IMG/VR virus record: IMGVR_UViG_3300046807_000058
Span: 1-38,106 of that record
Direction: 5' to 3' (one strand)
DNA: 38,106 bases
DNA from: a virus
Taxonomy: Duplodnaviria; Caudoviricetes
The notes under the pieces are model-generated. The model saw only the letters and a list, made by a program, of their open reading frames with translations, was not told the origin of the DNA and made no database searches. This document shows positions 26,424 to 35,308 of the stretch, piece by piece. The position numbers and the translations under genes were made by a program. The number at the start of each line of letters is the position of its first letter. Positions within the stretch are counted from its first letter, which is position 1.

Positions 26424-29400
26424 TTATTGTATGTAGTTTATTCCACCACATCCTACTCCAGAACCAGAAATTACTCTATCAACTTCTATAAAGTATGGAT
26501 AAGTGCCTGCAGGTAAAGTTAGAACACCTGAAGTGGTTGTCCCAATTGTATTTCTGAAAGCATTTAATGATGTTCCATTAATTATCACATCAGTTGTAAT
26601 ACTAACTGTGCCGGTATTTACTGTTGCAAACGCATTAAAATTAGCATCAGAACCAGTAATTGTTATAAACCCAGTAGTAGTTTCAATAGCCGATACAGTT
26701 CCACACTTAGATGACCAACTTGTAAATGTAACAGAATTTCTAAAAGGATATATAACAGTTATATTAACAAAATCCGTATTGCCAGATGCTTCCGTCAATG
26801 TTACTTTTAGATTGAATGTTCCTTCTGCTAAACCGCTTAGATCTTGTAATAATCCACCTGAAGTTATAGTAAATATAGTTGTAGGTGAACCGTCTGCATT
26901 TGTAACAGACCAAGTTAAACCAGCGGTACTTAATCCACCAGCCGGATTTGATCCATTTACCCCGTTAAAATCGTAAATATCTATATCGCCTATATCCATG
27001 TTAAATGGAGTAGTAGGCTTATTAGTTATCGTTGGATTAACATTACTTAAGTAACCATTCTGAACAAAAGAGTTTGATACAGGTGGAGAACCTATGGTAG
27101 CTCTAATGGTAAAAAAGTAATGATTAACTGTTGAGGCATTAAAGCCATAATAAAAATATGCTGCGGGAGCAGTTTTAATTATATATGTGTTTGTAACACC
27201 AACTCTTTCTAATATGAATTTGCTTGTTACATCAGTAGGAGAAGCTTCACCTGTAAGCACACTATCTAACACTACACTAGTAGGTGTTACATCCGCACCT
27301 AATACATCTTTAAATTTGAATGGTGTTGTAACTACCGTCCCAGGTCCATCAGCTTCTGATAATGTAAAACTCCAACCTACCATAGAATCAACACTAGCAG
27401 AAGATCCGCTTTGTATTGCTGTATTTAATTCGCTTATTAAACCAGATGTTGAAGTTTCCCAATATATATCCAATTTAGATTCTACCGGTTTTGTTTCGTA
27501 TACGGCTAAATTTATGACATCGTTTGTAGAAGTTATTACACCTAGTTCTTGAGGTGTAGACAATCTAGCTATTAAAGGGTCTGAATTTATTTGATAGAAA
27601 TTTAAAAAACCAGCGGGAGGTGTAGTTGGAGAAACTCCGTCAGGGTAAAACAAAGAATTACTTGTAGCTATTGTATTAGCAAAAGCATATTCGTTTCCTG
27701 GGTAGTATTGTTCATTGTTATAAGCCAAAGTATTATTATTAACTCTAGGAAATAAAATTACACTACTTCTAAATTGTTTTTGAGCAGGCCCAACCTCACT
27801 TAAATCTCTTGGTATTTTATTTATATTATCATTAAGCAATACAATATGAGATGTTTTACCTAACTCTAAAGTGGTGCTATTTGGATACGCAGCCATAACC
27901 CCAGGAAGATATACATTATAATAATCTTGCTCTGTTTGTTTTACTACTATTTTGTATGAATACCAACCTAATGGATTATAATTAGGAGATGTTTTGTCCC
28001 CATTATATATCCCAGGCCATCCCGTTGAAGGGTTTGGAGACGCGGGTTGTATAGGTTGATTGAATAATATTTTTAATGAATTACCAAACCAATTATATGG
28101 AGCCGGAGCACCTGGTTCGGTATATGGTAAATATAAAGACGATGCTCCAAATGAACTGTCAAACGATGATAGCTGATCCGATAATATAACACCTGATTCT
28201 CTACCAAATCTATCTCCTAATACAACACCTATTTGATAATTCCTATTTTCTTTTACAGAATGATTAGGATATTCTACAACGCTTGTGCCTTCACTAGCGC
28301 CAAAACCAAAACCAAATTTTTCACTTGCTCCTGCATTATAATCTAAATATTTAGGGTAAGTATATTTATCTTGGTAATTACCATAAACAACTCTATTACC
28401 GACAATCTCTTGACTTAATGCTTTTACAGGAGTTATATCATTAACTCTTATAACATCTCTATTAGGTAATGTTTTAAATGGTTTTTTAGATGGATAATCA
28501 TAACTATATATTTCGCCTGTGGTATTCCAAAAAGAACCGGTCTTTGGTATAGTTGGTATTGCATCTACCGCATTAACGGCTATACTATCCGCTTCTTTAT
28601 ATAATATTTCTAATTCTACTATTTTATATAAAGAATACATTGTGTTGGCAGGACATGGTAATGGTATTTGAAGTAATATATCATTAACTTTATTTTCCAT
28701 AAATTCAACAATTGTACTTCTATAAGCACTTGTCTCATCATCCTGTACAGGTTCACCTCCGGGGGCAACTGGTCCTTCATATAAAAAGAATCCATCTTGT
28801 TTTGGTATATAAGCTATTTGGGTAAATGGAGCCATAATTGAATACTCTCCATCTTCAAATTTATATCTATAACTAAATCTAGCATATCTGCTTTCTAAAT
28901 AAGCTGGATCACCTGGCCAATCAGCAACATAATATGGATTCGCTGTGCCATCTGGTAAATCAGGGCTAACAACATCGTACATAGTTGTTTCATATTCTCC
29001 TGGGGCAACCACACTTTCACGATAAAGTTGAGGAGCATATAAAGGGCTAAGCTTAGCTACTGATATTTGTTCTTCAACTGTATAATATCCACTATTGTTT
29101 GATGCATTAATAACATTTATTTTTCTAGGTTGATTTCTATTGTCAGTCCAGAAAAGTAAATTCTCTATTAAATTAATTCCGTATATTGGATATAAAGTTG
29201 AAAAATTAAGGAAAGCACCTGAAACTAATAATTTAGGATTTGCTATTGAAACTGGTTGCAAGTTATTATATACATAAATATAATTGCCAGCAGTTGTGCT
29301 ATATGCAGTTCCATTATAATCCGTTAAAAAAACGTATATATTATTATTTGATTCATCCGGCAAAACGCCAATACATTCTAAGTTTGATTTTCCAGTGATA

Positions 29401-29579
29401 GATCTAAAATCAACGGCTAAACTATTACCTAATATATTTTGTAATGTTCCAACATCTGAAGCTTCTGACCTATTGACTTCAAGATTTAATGCGTAACGAT
29501 ATTCATTGTTAGGCATTAATCTATCGTCTATATCTTGGTTCATTTTAGAACTAAGAAAATTATTTTTAATTTCCGCCAT
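26424..29579 (-). CDS. tail nozzle/stabilisation protein, N-terminal-type part with C-terminal Ig-like domains
   Basis: KMNQDIDDRLMPNNEYRYALN..DVGTLQNILGN, LLFWTDNRNQPRKINV, RFSYRYK, NRVVYGNY; Thr/Gly-rich beta C-terminus. Confidence 0.65.
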   Translation of the reverse strand: MAEIKNNFLSSKMNQDIDDRLMPNNEYRYALNLEVNRSEASDVGTLQNILGNSLAVDFRSITGKSNLECIGVLPDESNNNIYVFLTDYNGTAYSTTAGNYIYVYNNLQPVSIANPKLLVSGAFLNFSTLYPIYGINLIENLLFWTDNRNQPRKINVINASNNSGYYTVEEQISVAKLSPLYAPQLYRESVVAPGEYETTMYDVVSPDLPDGTANPYYVADWPGDPAYLESRYARFSYRYKFEDGEYSIMAPFTQIAYIPKQDGFFLYEGPVAPGGEPVQDDETSAYRSTIVEFMENKVNDILLQIPLPCPANTMYSLYKIVELEILYKEADSIAVNAVDAIPTIPKTGSFWNTTGEIYSYDYPSKKPFKTLPNRDVIRVNDITPVKALSQEIVGNRVVYGNYQDKYTYPKYLDYNAGASEKFGFGFGASEGTSVVEYPNHSVKENRNYQIGVVLGDRFGRESGVILSDQLSSFDSSFGASSLYLPYTEPGAPAPYNWFGNSLKILFNQPIQPASPNPSTGWPGIYNGDKTSPNYNPLGWYSYKIVVKQTEQDYYNVYLPGVMAAYPNSTTLELGKTSHIVLLNDNINKIPRDLSEVGPAQKQFRSSVILFPRVNNNTLAYNNEQYYPGNEYAFANTIATSNSLFYPDGVSPTTPPAGFLNFYQINSDPLIARLSTPQELGVITSTNDVINLAVYETKPVESKLDIYWETSTSGLISELNTAIQSGSSASVDSMVGWSFTLSEADGPGTVVTTPFKFKDVLGADVTPTSVVLDSVLTGEASPTDVTSKFILERVGVTNTYIIKTAPAAYFYYGFNASTVNHYFFTIRATIGSPPVSNSFVQNGYLSNVNPTITNKPTTPFNMDIGDIDIYDFNGVNGSNPAGGLSTAGLTWSVTNADGSPTTIFTITSGGLLQDLSGLAEGTFNLKVTLTEASGNTDFVNITVIYPFRNSVTFTSWSSKCGTVSAIETTTGFITITGSDANFNAFATVNTGTVSITTDVIINGTSLNAFRNTIGTTTSGVLTLPAGTYPYFIEVDRVISGSGVGCGGINYIQ

Positions 29580-29583
29580 TTAA

Positions 29584-30816
29584 TTAATGTTTAATCCATT
29601 TTGATTGTCCTCTTAATACTTGAGATATTTCTTCAAGTTTAATATTAGATAATCTTATTTTAGCATTTCTTAATTTAGCACTCTTCTCTTGTTTAAGTCT
29701 TTGTACTAAATATTCGGGTTGATTAGCTCGGGTTGAAACAATTGCATGTAACAAATAAGCATACATTGCCTCTTCAGCAAGTTTAGGAACTCTTGAGTCC
29801 ATCTCATAAGCTAATCCATCAGAAATATATTCTAATACAATAAGCTTACCAATAAGGTTACTACTAAAAGCAATTTTACCTTCTCTGTCATTTATTGTAA
29901 AGTATCCATTTGTATTTGCATACTGGGGATCCATTCCGTATCTTCTTCCGTACCAAGCGTTTTGCACCCAAGCATCCCCATTATACCAATCGCCTACAAA
30001 ATAATCTGCACCAAAAATTTCAATATCAGCATTATTTCTTTTCCATCTTCTTTCAGTTATAGAAGTTCCTTCTATATTAGAATCAAAGTTATCTTGGATT
30101 GGCACTCCGTTATCATCTTGCAACGGAGTTGCATAAGGATCTATCGTAAGATTGTTTGTTGGATATATAATATGTTTTACACCATGGTAATCAATCCATG
30201 ACATGCGTACATAATTAACATAATCCTGAGGTATAACCACATTTAAGTTATGCGGTATTGTAAGCTCTTGCGACTTTATACTTTTTAAAGTATCATAACT
30301 AAATTCTTGTAACGCTCTTTTAGTATGGAATATAACATCTGTCTTTTTAACAGAACTTATTAATTTACCATTACCAACATAAGCAATCATAAAGTTATTT
30401 ACTACATCCTCTAAAGTAATATACTCGTAAGAACCATAATTGTTTTCTACGGTATTGCCATAAGCATAACTTGATGGATCTGACCAATCGCCATAATTAC
30501 CACCGTCCAGTGTTTTAAGTTGAACAACAACATAAGTTCCATTTGCTAAAGTACCAACTGTTGTTATAGTATTACCGCTTACAGAATAATTGCTTGTGTA
30601 TTCAGTAAATGTTCCAGGATAACCATTAGGGCTGGTATATAGTTTAAAGTTATTTAATCCATAATCAACATTAGAAGGATCATAATTACCAAATACTAGA
30701 TTAGTATCAAACGTTGTTGTAAATGCCCTCTGAGTTCCATCAGCTAAGAAACTTTGTGCTCCTTCGTAATATTGTCTATTTGTTTCGGTAATTAAACCGT
30801 TATCTGGTATCGCCAT
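29584..30816 (-). CDS. tail adaptor/ring protein
   Basis: PQDYVNYVRMS, LEYISDG; position between capsid and nozzle genes. Confidence 0.55.
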   Translation of the reverse strand: MAIPDNGLITETNRQYYEGAQSFLADGTQRAFTTTFDTNLVFGNYDPSNVDYGLNNFKLYTSPNGYPGTFTEYTSNYSVSGNTITTVGTLANGTYVVVQLKTLDGGNYGDWSDPSSYAYGNTVENNYGSYEYITLEDVVNNFMIAYVGNGKLISSVKKTDVIFHTKRALQEFSYDTLKSIKSQELTIPHNLNVVIPQDYVNYVRMSWIDYHGVKHIIYPTNNLTIDPYATPLQDDNGVPIQDNFDSNIEGTSITERRWKRNNADIEIFGADYFVGDWYNGDAWVQNAWYGRRYGMDPQYANTNGYFTINDREGKIAFSSNLIGKLIVLEYISDGLAYEMDSRVPKLAEEAMYAYLLHAIVSTRANQPEYLVQRLKQEKSAKLRNAKIRLSNIKLEEISQVLRGQSKWIKH

Positions 30817-30823
30817 ATTCTAT

Positions 30824-31591
30824 TTAGCTTTTTGAATTTATATCCTCTAATTGAGATTGTTGAGCTGCTGCTTGTACAATCTGCGGGTCCTTTATTATTA
30901 TACCAGCATACATTAATATTTTTATTATTAATCTTGTTTGCTCTGACTCATGTAACTCAAAATTTCTAGACCCAGTGGCTGGTGTGCCTGGTGAATAAGG
31001 AGCTGGGTTATATATATATTGACCTCTTGATCCAACTGTAAATCCCCAAACAGGATCCAAAGGTTTTCTAATATAGTTTGCGGTGATGTTAGTTATTATT
31101 GAGCTAGGCGCTACAATGATTCTTCCCGACTCTCTTAAGAATGTAGGATTCTTTTCTGTGGAAGCTGTTAACCTTGAATTTTGTATGTAGTAAAATTCTG
31201 ATTTTTGTAATTCTTCTAATGGCCCAATGCTTGTATTGTAAATATTTTTATATGCCAATGACCCTAATCTGTATGGAGAGCATACTAGACCATAAGAATC
31301 AGTTGTAGGCAATGAAAAATATCCGCCTGCTGAATTGGTAGTATACGTACATAATCCTGTTGTTTCAAATATAGACATCTTCTCTTCAATATTTACAACT
31401 CGATCAGCATAATTCTCGTCGCTTTGTGGAACTCGGAGTTGTTGATTCAAATCATCAAAGTATTGTTCGAATATTTCAAGCTGTACTTGAGTTGCTGTCC
31501 TATTAAACTCTTGTGGTGTCATATAACCACGTTGTTCTTTGTTTAATATAGATAAAACCGTTTTATAAACTATGTCTACGTTTACTGCCAT
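30824..31591 (-). CDS. tail adaptor/ring (tubular A-like) protein
   Basis: LNKEQRGYMTPQEFN, YIRKP..P.WG; position. Confidence 0.55.
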   Translation of the reverse strand: MAVNVDIVYKTVLSILNKEQRGYMTPQEFNRTATQVQLEIFEQYFDDLNQQLRVPQSDENYADRVVNIEEKMSIFETTGLCTYTTNSAGGYFSLPTTDSYGLVCSPYRLGSLAYKNIYNTSIGPLEELQKSEFYYIQNSRLTASTEKNPTFLRESGRIIVAPSSIITNITANYIRKPLDPVWGFTVGSRGQYIYNPAPYSPGTPATGSRNFELHESEQTRLIIKILMYAGIIIKDPQIVQAAAQQSQLEDINSKS

Positions 31592-31613
31592 TTGTTATAT
31601 TTATTATAATATT

Positions 31614-31651
31614 TAGGCAGTTATTGCAGTTTTAAGTACAATAACCGCCTA
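31614..31651 (-). other. stem-loop between putative promoter and tail gene
   Basis: minus strand taggcggttattg..caataactgccta, 13-bp stem with one G-U pair. Confidence 0.6.
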
Positions 31652-31656
31652 TATAT

Positions 31657-31669
31657 TAATATTACGTAT
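31657..31669 (-). promoter_or_regulatory. conserved motif AYAMGTAATWWTA, copy 3
   Basis: minus strand atacgtaatatta upstream of the tail genes. Confidence 0.5.
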
Positions 31670-32535
31670 TATTTAAGTTTTTTCTCAATAGACTTGAAAA
31701 TTTGGATACCTTCATCAGTCTTAAAGAAAGCCGCCATTGCTGAGTATGGATTTTCATCAAATGGCACTGTCATTAATTTTCTATCGTTTTCACCCCACAT
31801 AAATGTACGTTGATCTTGTGATAGTTTTATAATATTATTTTCTGTAGCTCTAATTGCTAAGTTTCTTAATTGAACATTATCGTCATTAGCCAGTTCTAAG
31901 AACAAAGAAGGATTTCTTCTAGCAAATAACAACAAGTCTCTTTTTATCTCCTTAGAGCTCATCTTATTAACTCTAGAACCAACCTCTACACGTACAATTG
32001 CTTCAGCTTCGTCAATATCCATTTCAAAAGCAGCATTCATAGCTTCGTATTCTAATTCTAGATAATCTAAATCATCTTCAGCTTCAGCAGTTGGATCAAA
32101 TTCAGTATATTTAGAATTTAAACCAGGGTGATAAAGTGATAATAATTTTTGTAAGTTTTGTTTTTCTTTTGGAACATGTAAAATACCGTTCTCAAACATA
32201 ATATGACCCAAAGTAACTTGACCTTTTTGTTGGCTAACTAATGGTGAATTTTGGTTTGTAGCATATCTAAGCTCTTCTTGTTCGCCTGTTTCTTTGTTAA
32301 ACCATATAAGTGGGTATCTAAGCGTATGTTTGCTTTGTAAAGTATAAGTCAAAGATGGATGACTATCAGCAATTACGTATGTTCTATCTTTTATTTCCCA
32401 TGAAGGCGCACTAGGTTTCTTTTCTTGTACTACCTGTTTTGGTTTTGCAACCTCTTCTACTGCTTGTACAGTTTCTGTTGCGATGAATTCTTTTTCTGCG
32501 CTAACTTGAGCGTCTTCTTTTTTAGCTACTGCCAT
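31669..32535 (-). CDS. conserved virion-module protein downstream of the major capsid gene
   Basis: 288 aa; low-complexity N-terminus then globular region. Confidence 0.6.
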   Translation of the reverse strand: MAVAKKEDAQVSAEKEFIATETVQAVEEVAKPKQVVQEKKPSAPSWEIKDRTYVIADSHPSLTYTLQSKHTLRYPLIWFNKETGEQEELRYATNQNSPLVSQQKGQVTLGHIMFENGILHVPKEKQNLQKLLSLYHPGLNSKYTEFDPTAEAEDDLDYLELEYEAMNAAFEMDIDEAEAIVRVEVGSRVNKMSSKEIKRDLLLFARRNPSLFLELANDDNVQLRNLAIRATENNIIKLSQDQRTFMWGENDRKLMTVPFDENPYSAMAAFFKTDEGIQIFKSIEKKLK

Positions 32536-32562
32536 AATATAATATAATTTAATAGATTTTTT

Positions 32563-32609
32563 AAAAAGGTAATAATTACCCCCGTAGTTTCAACAGGGGT
32601 AATATCACC
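32563..32609 (-). terminator. intrinsic terminator after the major capsid gene
   Basis: minus strand ggtgatattacccctgt-tgaaact-acgggggtaattattacc-ttttt. Confidence 0.8.
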
Positions 32610-32615
32610 AGGTAA

Positions 32616-34082
32616 TTACGCTACAGAAGAAGTGAACAACACGAAGTTGTTAGCTGCTTGAGTAACTAAACATCTTTCAGACAAGAAGTGTACTTGCATT
32701 GCATCAAGATCAGAAGTGTAAGCACCTCCAACAGATCCAGTGATCCAGTTTTTCATTCTTCTATCGTCAGCTTGGTTAGCTCTATAACGAACGTGTAAGA
32801 ATGGACGACGGATATTAGTACCTAATTGTTGATCGTATACTGTAGATGTACCAGCTGGAACAAGAACACCATCAATAGAAGTGTTAGCCATTCCACCACG
32901 AGTAGAAGCATCATTTAAGTATTTCCAATCAGTTTTGTAGAAATCGTAAGATCCACGACGGAATCCAGAGAATCCTAAATTCAAAGCCATTTGCTCAGAG
33001 TTTTCAAACAATCCGTAAGCAACACCACCAGCAGCACCAGCAGATAAAGAAGCTAACATATCATCAAAGTCAAGAGAAGTAGCGCGGTTCAAGAAGAACA
33101 TGTTTTCTTCAATAGCCCCTTGAGTATCTAAGTTTTTCAAGATTGAATCAAAATCACCTAATCCAGCAGCAGCAGTAAAGTTATTTACAACGTTACCTCT
33201 TTCTTTAACTGCAGAGAAAAGACCTTGAGTTCCTTTAATGTTATTAGATCCTAAAGTAGAACCTCCAGAAACTAATTCACCCTCAATAACTGACATCTCT
33301 AAGTAATCTTCAAAACGCAAACGAGTTTCAGATTCAGCTTTCAAATACCATAAGTATCCAGAAGTACCTTCTTCAGTTGCAACTTCAACCCATCCGATTT
33401 GAGCAGTGTCAGATCCAGAGATTTGGTATCTTTCTTTGATGATGATTGGAGAGTTACTGTATTGAGTGAATGAAGGAGTTACAGAGTTTAAACTTGCATC
33501 AGTAGTTCCTTTTTTGAATTCAGAACCATAAACGAAGATTTTAAGATCTGTTGCTCCAGCAAAGTTTACTACGTTACCAGCACCAGTAGTTAAATCTAAC
33601 TGAGTGTATGGTTTAACAGTAATAACAGCAGGGTTTGTAGCTCCACCTGTTCCAGTAGCAGCGTCAGCAGTAGAAGCCGTAACATAAACTTTAAGTTCTT
33701 TTCCTGTAGAAGGACTCATAACTACTAAAGTTTGACCTACAGAAATAACGTTGTTTACAAAGTTAGCACCAGTACCACCAGTAACAAAAGTTAAAGTTGT
33801 AGCAGAAGCACAAGTTACATCTTTGTAAGCAATGTGTAATCTATTTTGTTCAGACCATACTACCTGATCAGAAGACATTGGCATTTCAGCACCAACCATA
33901 CGTAAGAATCCAGATAAAGTTCTGTTTCCGAAACGTTCTACTTCTGCTTCATATACTTCTGGTAAATATTGTTGCGCGAAATCATTACCACTTCCATCTG
34001 TAAAGTTTAAGTAATTTGTTTCTAGCGCTTGTTGTTTTTGAGACGGTTTAATAGTCCCAAACTGTGGAGTCACATTAGACAT
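32616..34082 (-). CDS. major capsid protein
   Basis: 488 aa after portal and scaffold, followed by a terminator; biased high-expression codons; QQYLPEVYE, WSEQNRLH, LSERCL. Confidence 0.85.
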   Translation of the reverse strand: MSNVTPQFGTIKPSQKQQALETNYLNFTDGSGNDFAQQYLPEVYEAEVERFGNRTLSGFLRMVGAEMPMSSDQVVWSEQNRLHIAYKDVTCASATTLTFVTGGTGANFVNNVISVGQTLVVMSPSTGKELKVYVTASTADAATGTGGATNPAVITVKPYTQLDLTTGAGNVVNFAGATDLKIFVYGSEFKKGTTDASLNSVTPSFTQYSNSPIIIKERYQISGSDTAQIGWVEVATEEGTSGYLWYLKAESETRLRFEDYLEMSVIEGELVSGGSTLGSNNIKGTQGLFSAVKERGNVVNNFTAAAGLGDFDSILKNLDTQGAIEENMFFLNRATSLDFDDMLASLSAGAAGGVAYGLFENSEQMALNLGFSGFRRGSYDFYKTDWKYLNDASTRGGMANTSIDGVLVPAGTSTVYDQQLGTNIRRPFLHVRYRANQADDRRMKNWITGSVGGAYTSDLDAMQVHFLSERCLVTQAANNFVLFTSSVA

Positions 34083-34093
34083 AATCGTAATTT

Positions 34094-35275
34094 TTAATTG
34101 TTAAATTTTTTTGTTTGTATTCTTAATTTAGAAGAATCGAAACCACTAATAGACTTCACTTTTAATCCATTTACAAACACATCTCCAGGAGCTTGTCTTG
34201 GTTGTGTTGAACTTGGGTTTTTAGAGCTAGCTATAACCTCTTTAACTGCGTCGGCTTTACCTTGTTCATAAAAGTGTTGCGCGATTTTGTCTGAGTTCAT
34301 TGCGGTGTAGAGAGCTTTATGATAACCAGCGGTATCAGCAACATTACCTTCTTTATCTAGGAACTTCCCTAAGAAATTGTTGATGTCTGATTGTTTTTCT
34401 GCAACCTGCTCTTGGTTTTGAACACCATACCTAAAACGTTTTTCACCAACATTATATTCAAAACCTTTGAATTCGCCGTTAAATAAATTTTTAGTATTGT
34501 TTTTAAACCTAGCATGTTTTTCAGCATTCTGCTCTTCGGTCTTCTTATATCGATTAAAAAAGTCGTAAGCTTCTTGTTGTTCTTTTGGTACACTTGTTGA
34601 TCTCAACTTGATTTCATTATAGTACTTTGATTTAAGATCTTCTAAGAAACTTTTGGCTTTTGCAACCTCTTCTTTAAATGCGAGTTTTTTCTTTCTGATG
34701 TCTCGCTCATCATCTAATTCTTCATCATAACTAAATTCATCTTCCATTAGAAATTCAATTTCTTCAGAATCTAAATGCGGTCTTGATTTCTTATAATATT
34801 CTTTTAGCAAAGCTTCATTGTTAATAGAAGAGTAGTCCGTATTTAAACGAGCATAATCATCTATTGTCCCACCTGTTTCTTCCATAAAGCTAATAAGCTT
34901 TTCGATGTTTTCAGGTAATGGCTTTCCTGTATTTATTTGTTCCTGTACGTGATGCTCAATTTGATCTTCAATACTTTGTGTATTTACTTCTGGCTCCTCA
35001 ATTTCTTGAATAACATCTTCAATGGGCCTTTCGTCTCCTTGTCCCACTTCTTGCAATCCCAATTCGGGTTGTTCTGTGCGTAACACGCTTTCCTCTGTGC
35101 TTGACTCTTGAATGGCATCTTTTTCTGTATTAGGAATAATTACTTTTGTTATTTCCTGTTCTGCTGCAGGCGTAGACAAATCAACCTTAGTTATGTTATC
35201 TGCTTTAGATAAATTTCTAGGCTTCTTTGGCTTCTGCATTTTGAAGTCTCCTTCTTGTTTAATAATTTCTGACAT
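34094..35275 (-). CDS. putative capsid scaffolding protein
   Basis: very acidic N-half, helical C-half, between portal and major capsid. Confidence 0.65.
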   Translation of the reverse strand: MSEIIKQEGDFKMQKPKKPRNLSKADNITKVDLSTPAAEQEITKVIIPNTEKDAIQESSTEESVLRTEQPELGLQEVGQGDERPIEDVIQEIEEPEVNTQSIEDQIEHHVQEQINTGKPLPENIEKLISFMEETGGTIDDYARLNTDYSSINNEALLKEYYKKSRPHLDSEEIEFLMEDEFSYDEELDDERDIRKKKLAFKEEVAKAKSFLEDLKSKYYNEIKLRSTSVPKEQQEAYDFFNRYKKTEEQNAEKHARFKNNTKNLFNGEFKGFEYNVGEKRFRYGVQNQEQVAEKQSDINNFLGKFLDKEGNVADTAGYHKALYTAMNSDKIAQHFYEQGKADAVKEVIASSKNPSSTQPRQAPGDVFVNGLKVKSISGFDSSKLRIQTKKFNN

Positions 35276-35308
35276 GATATAATAATATAAAATTGGTTAA
35301 TAAGCGTG

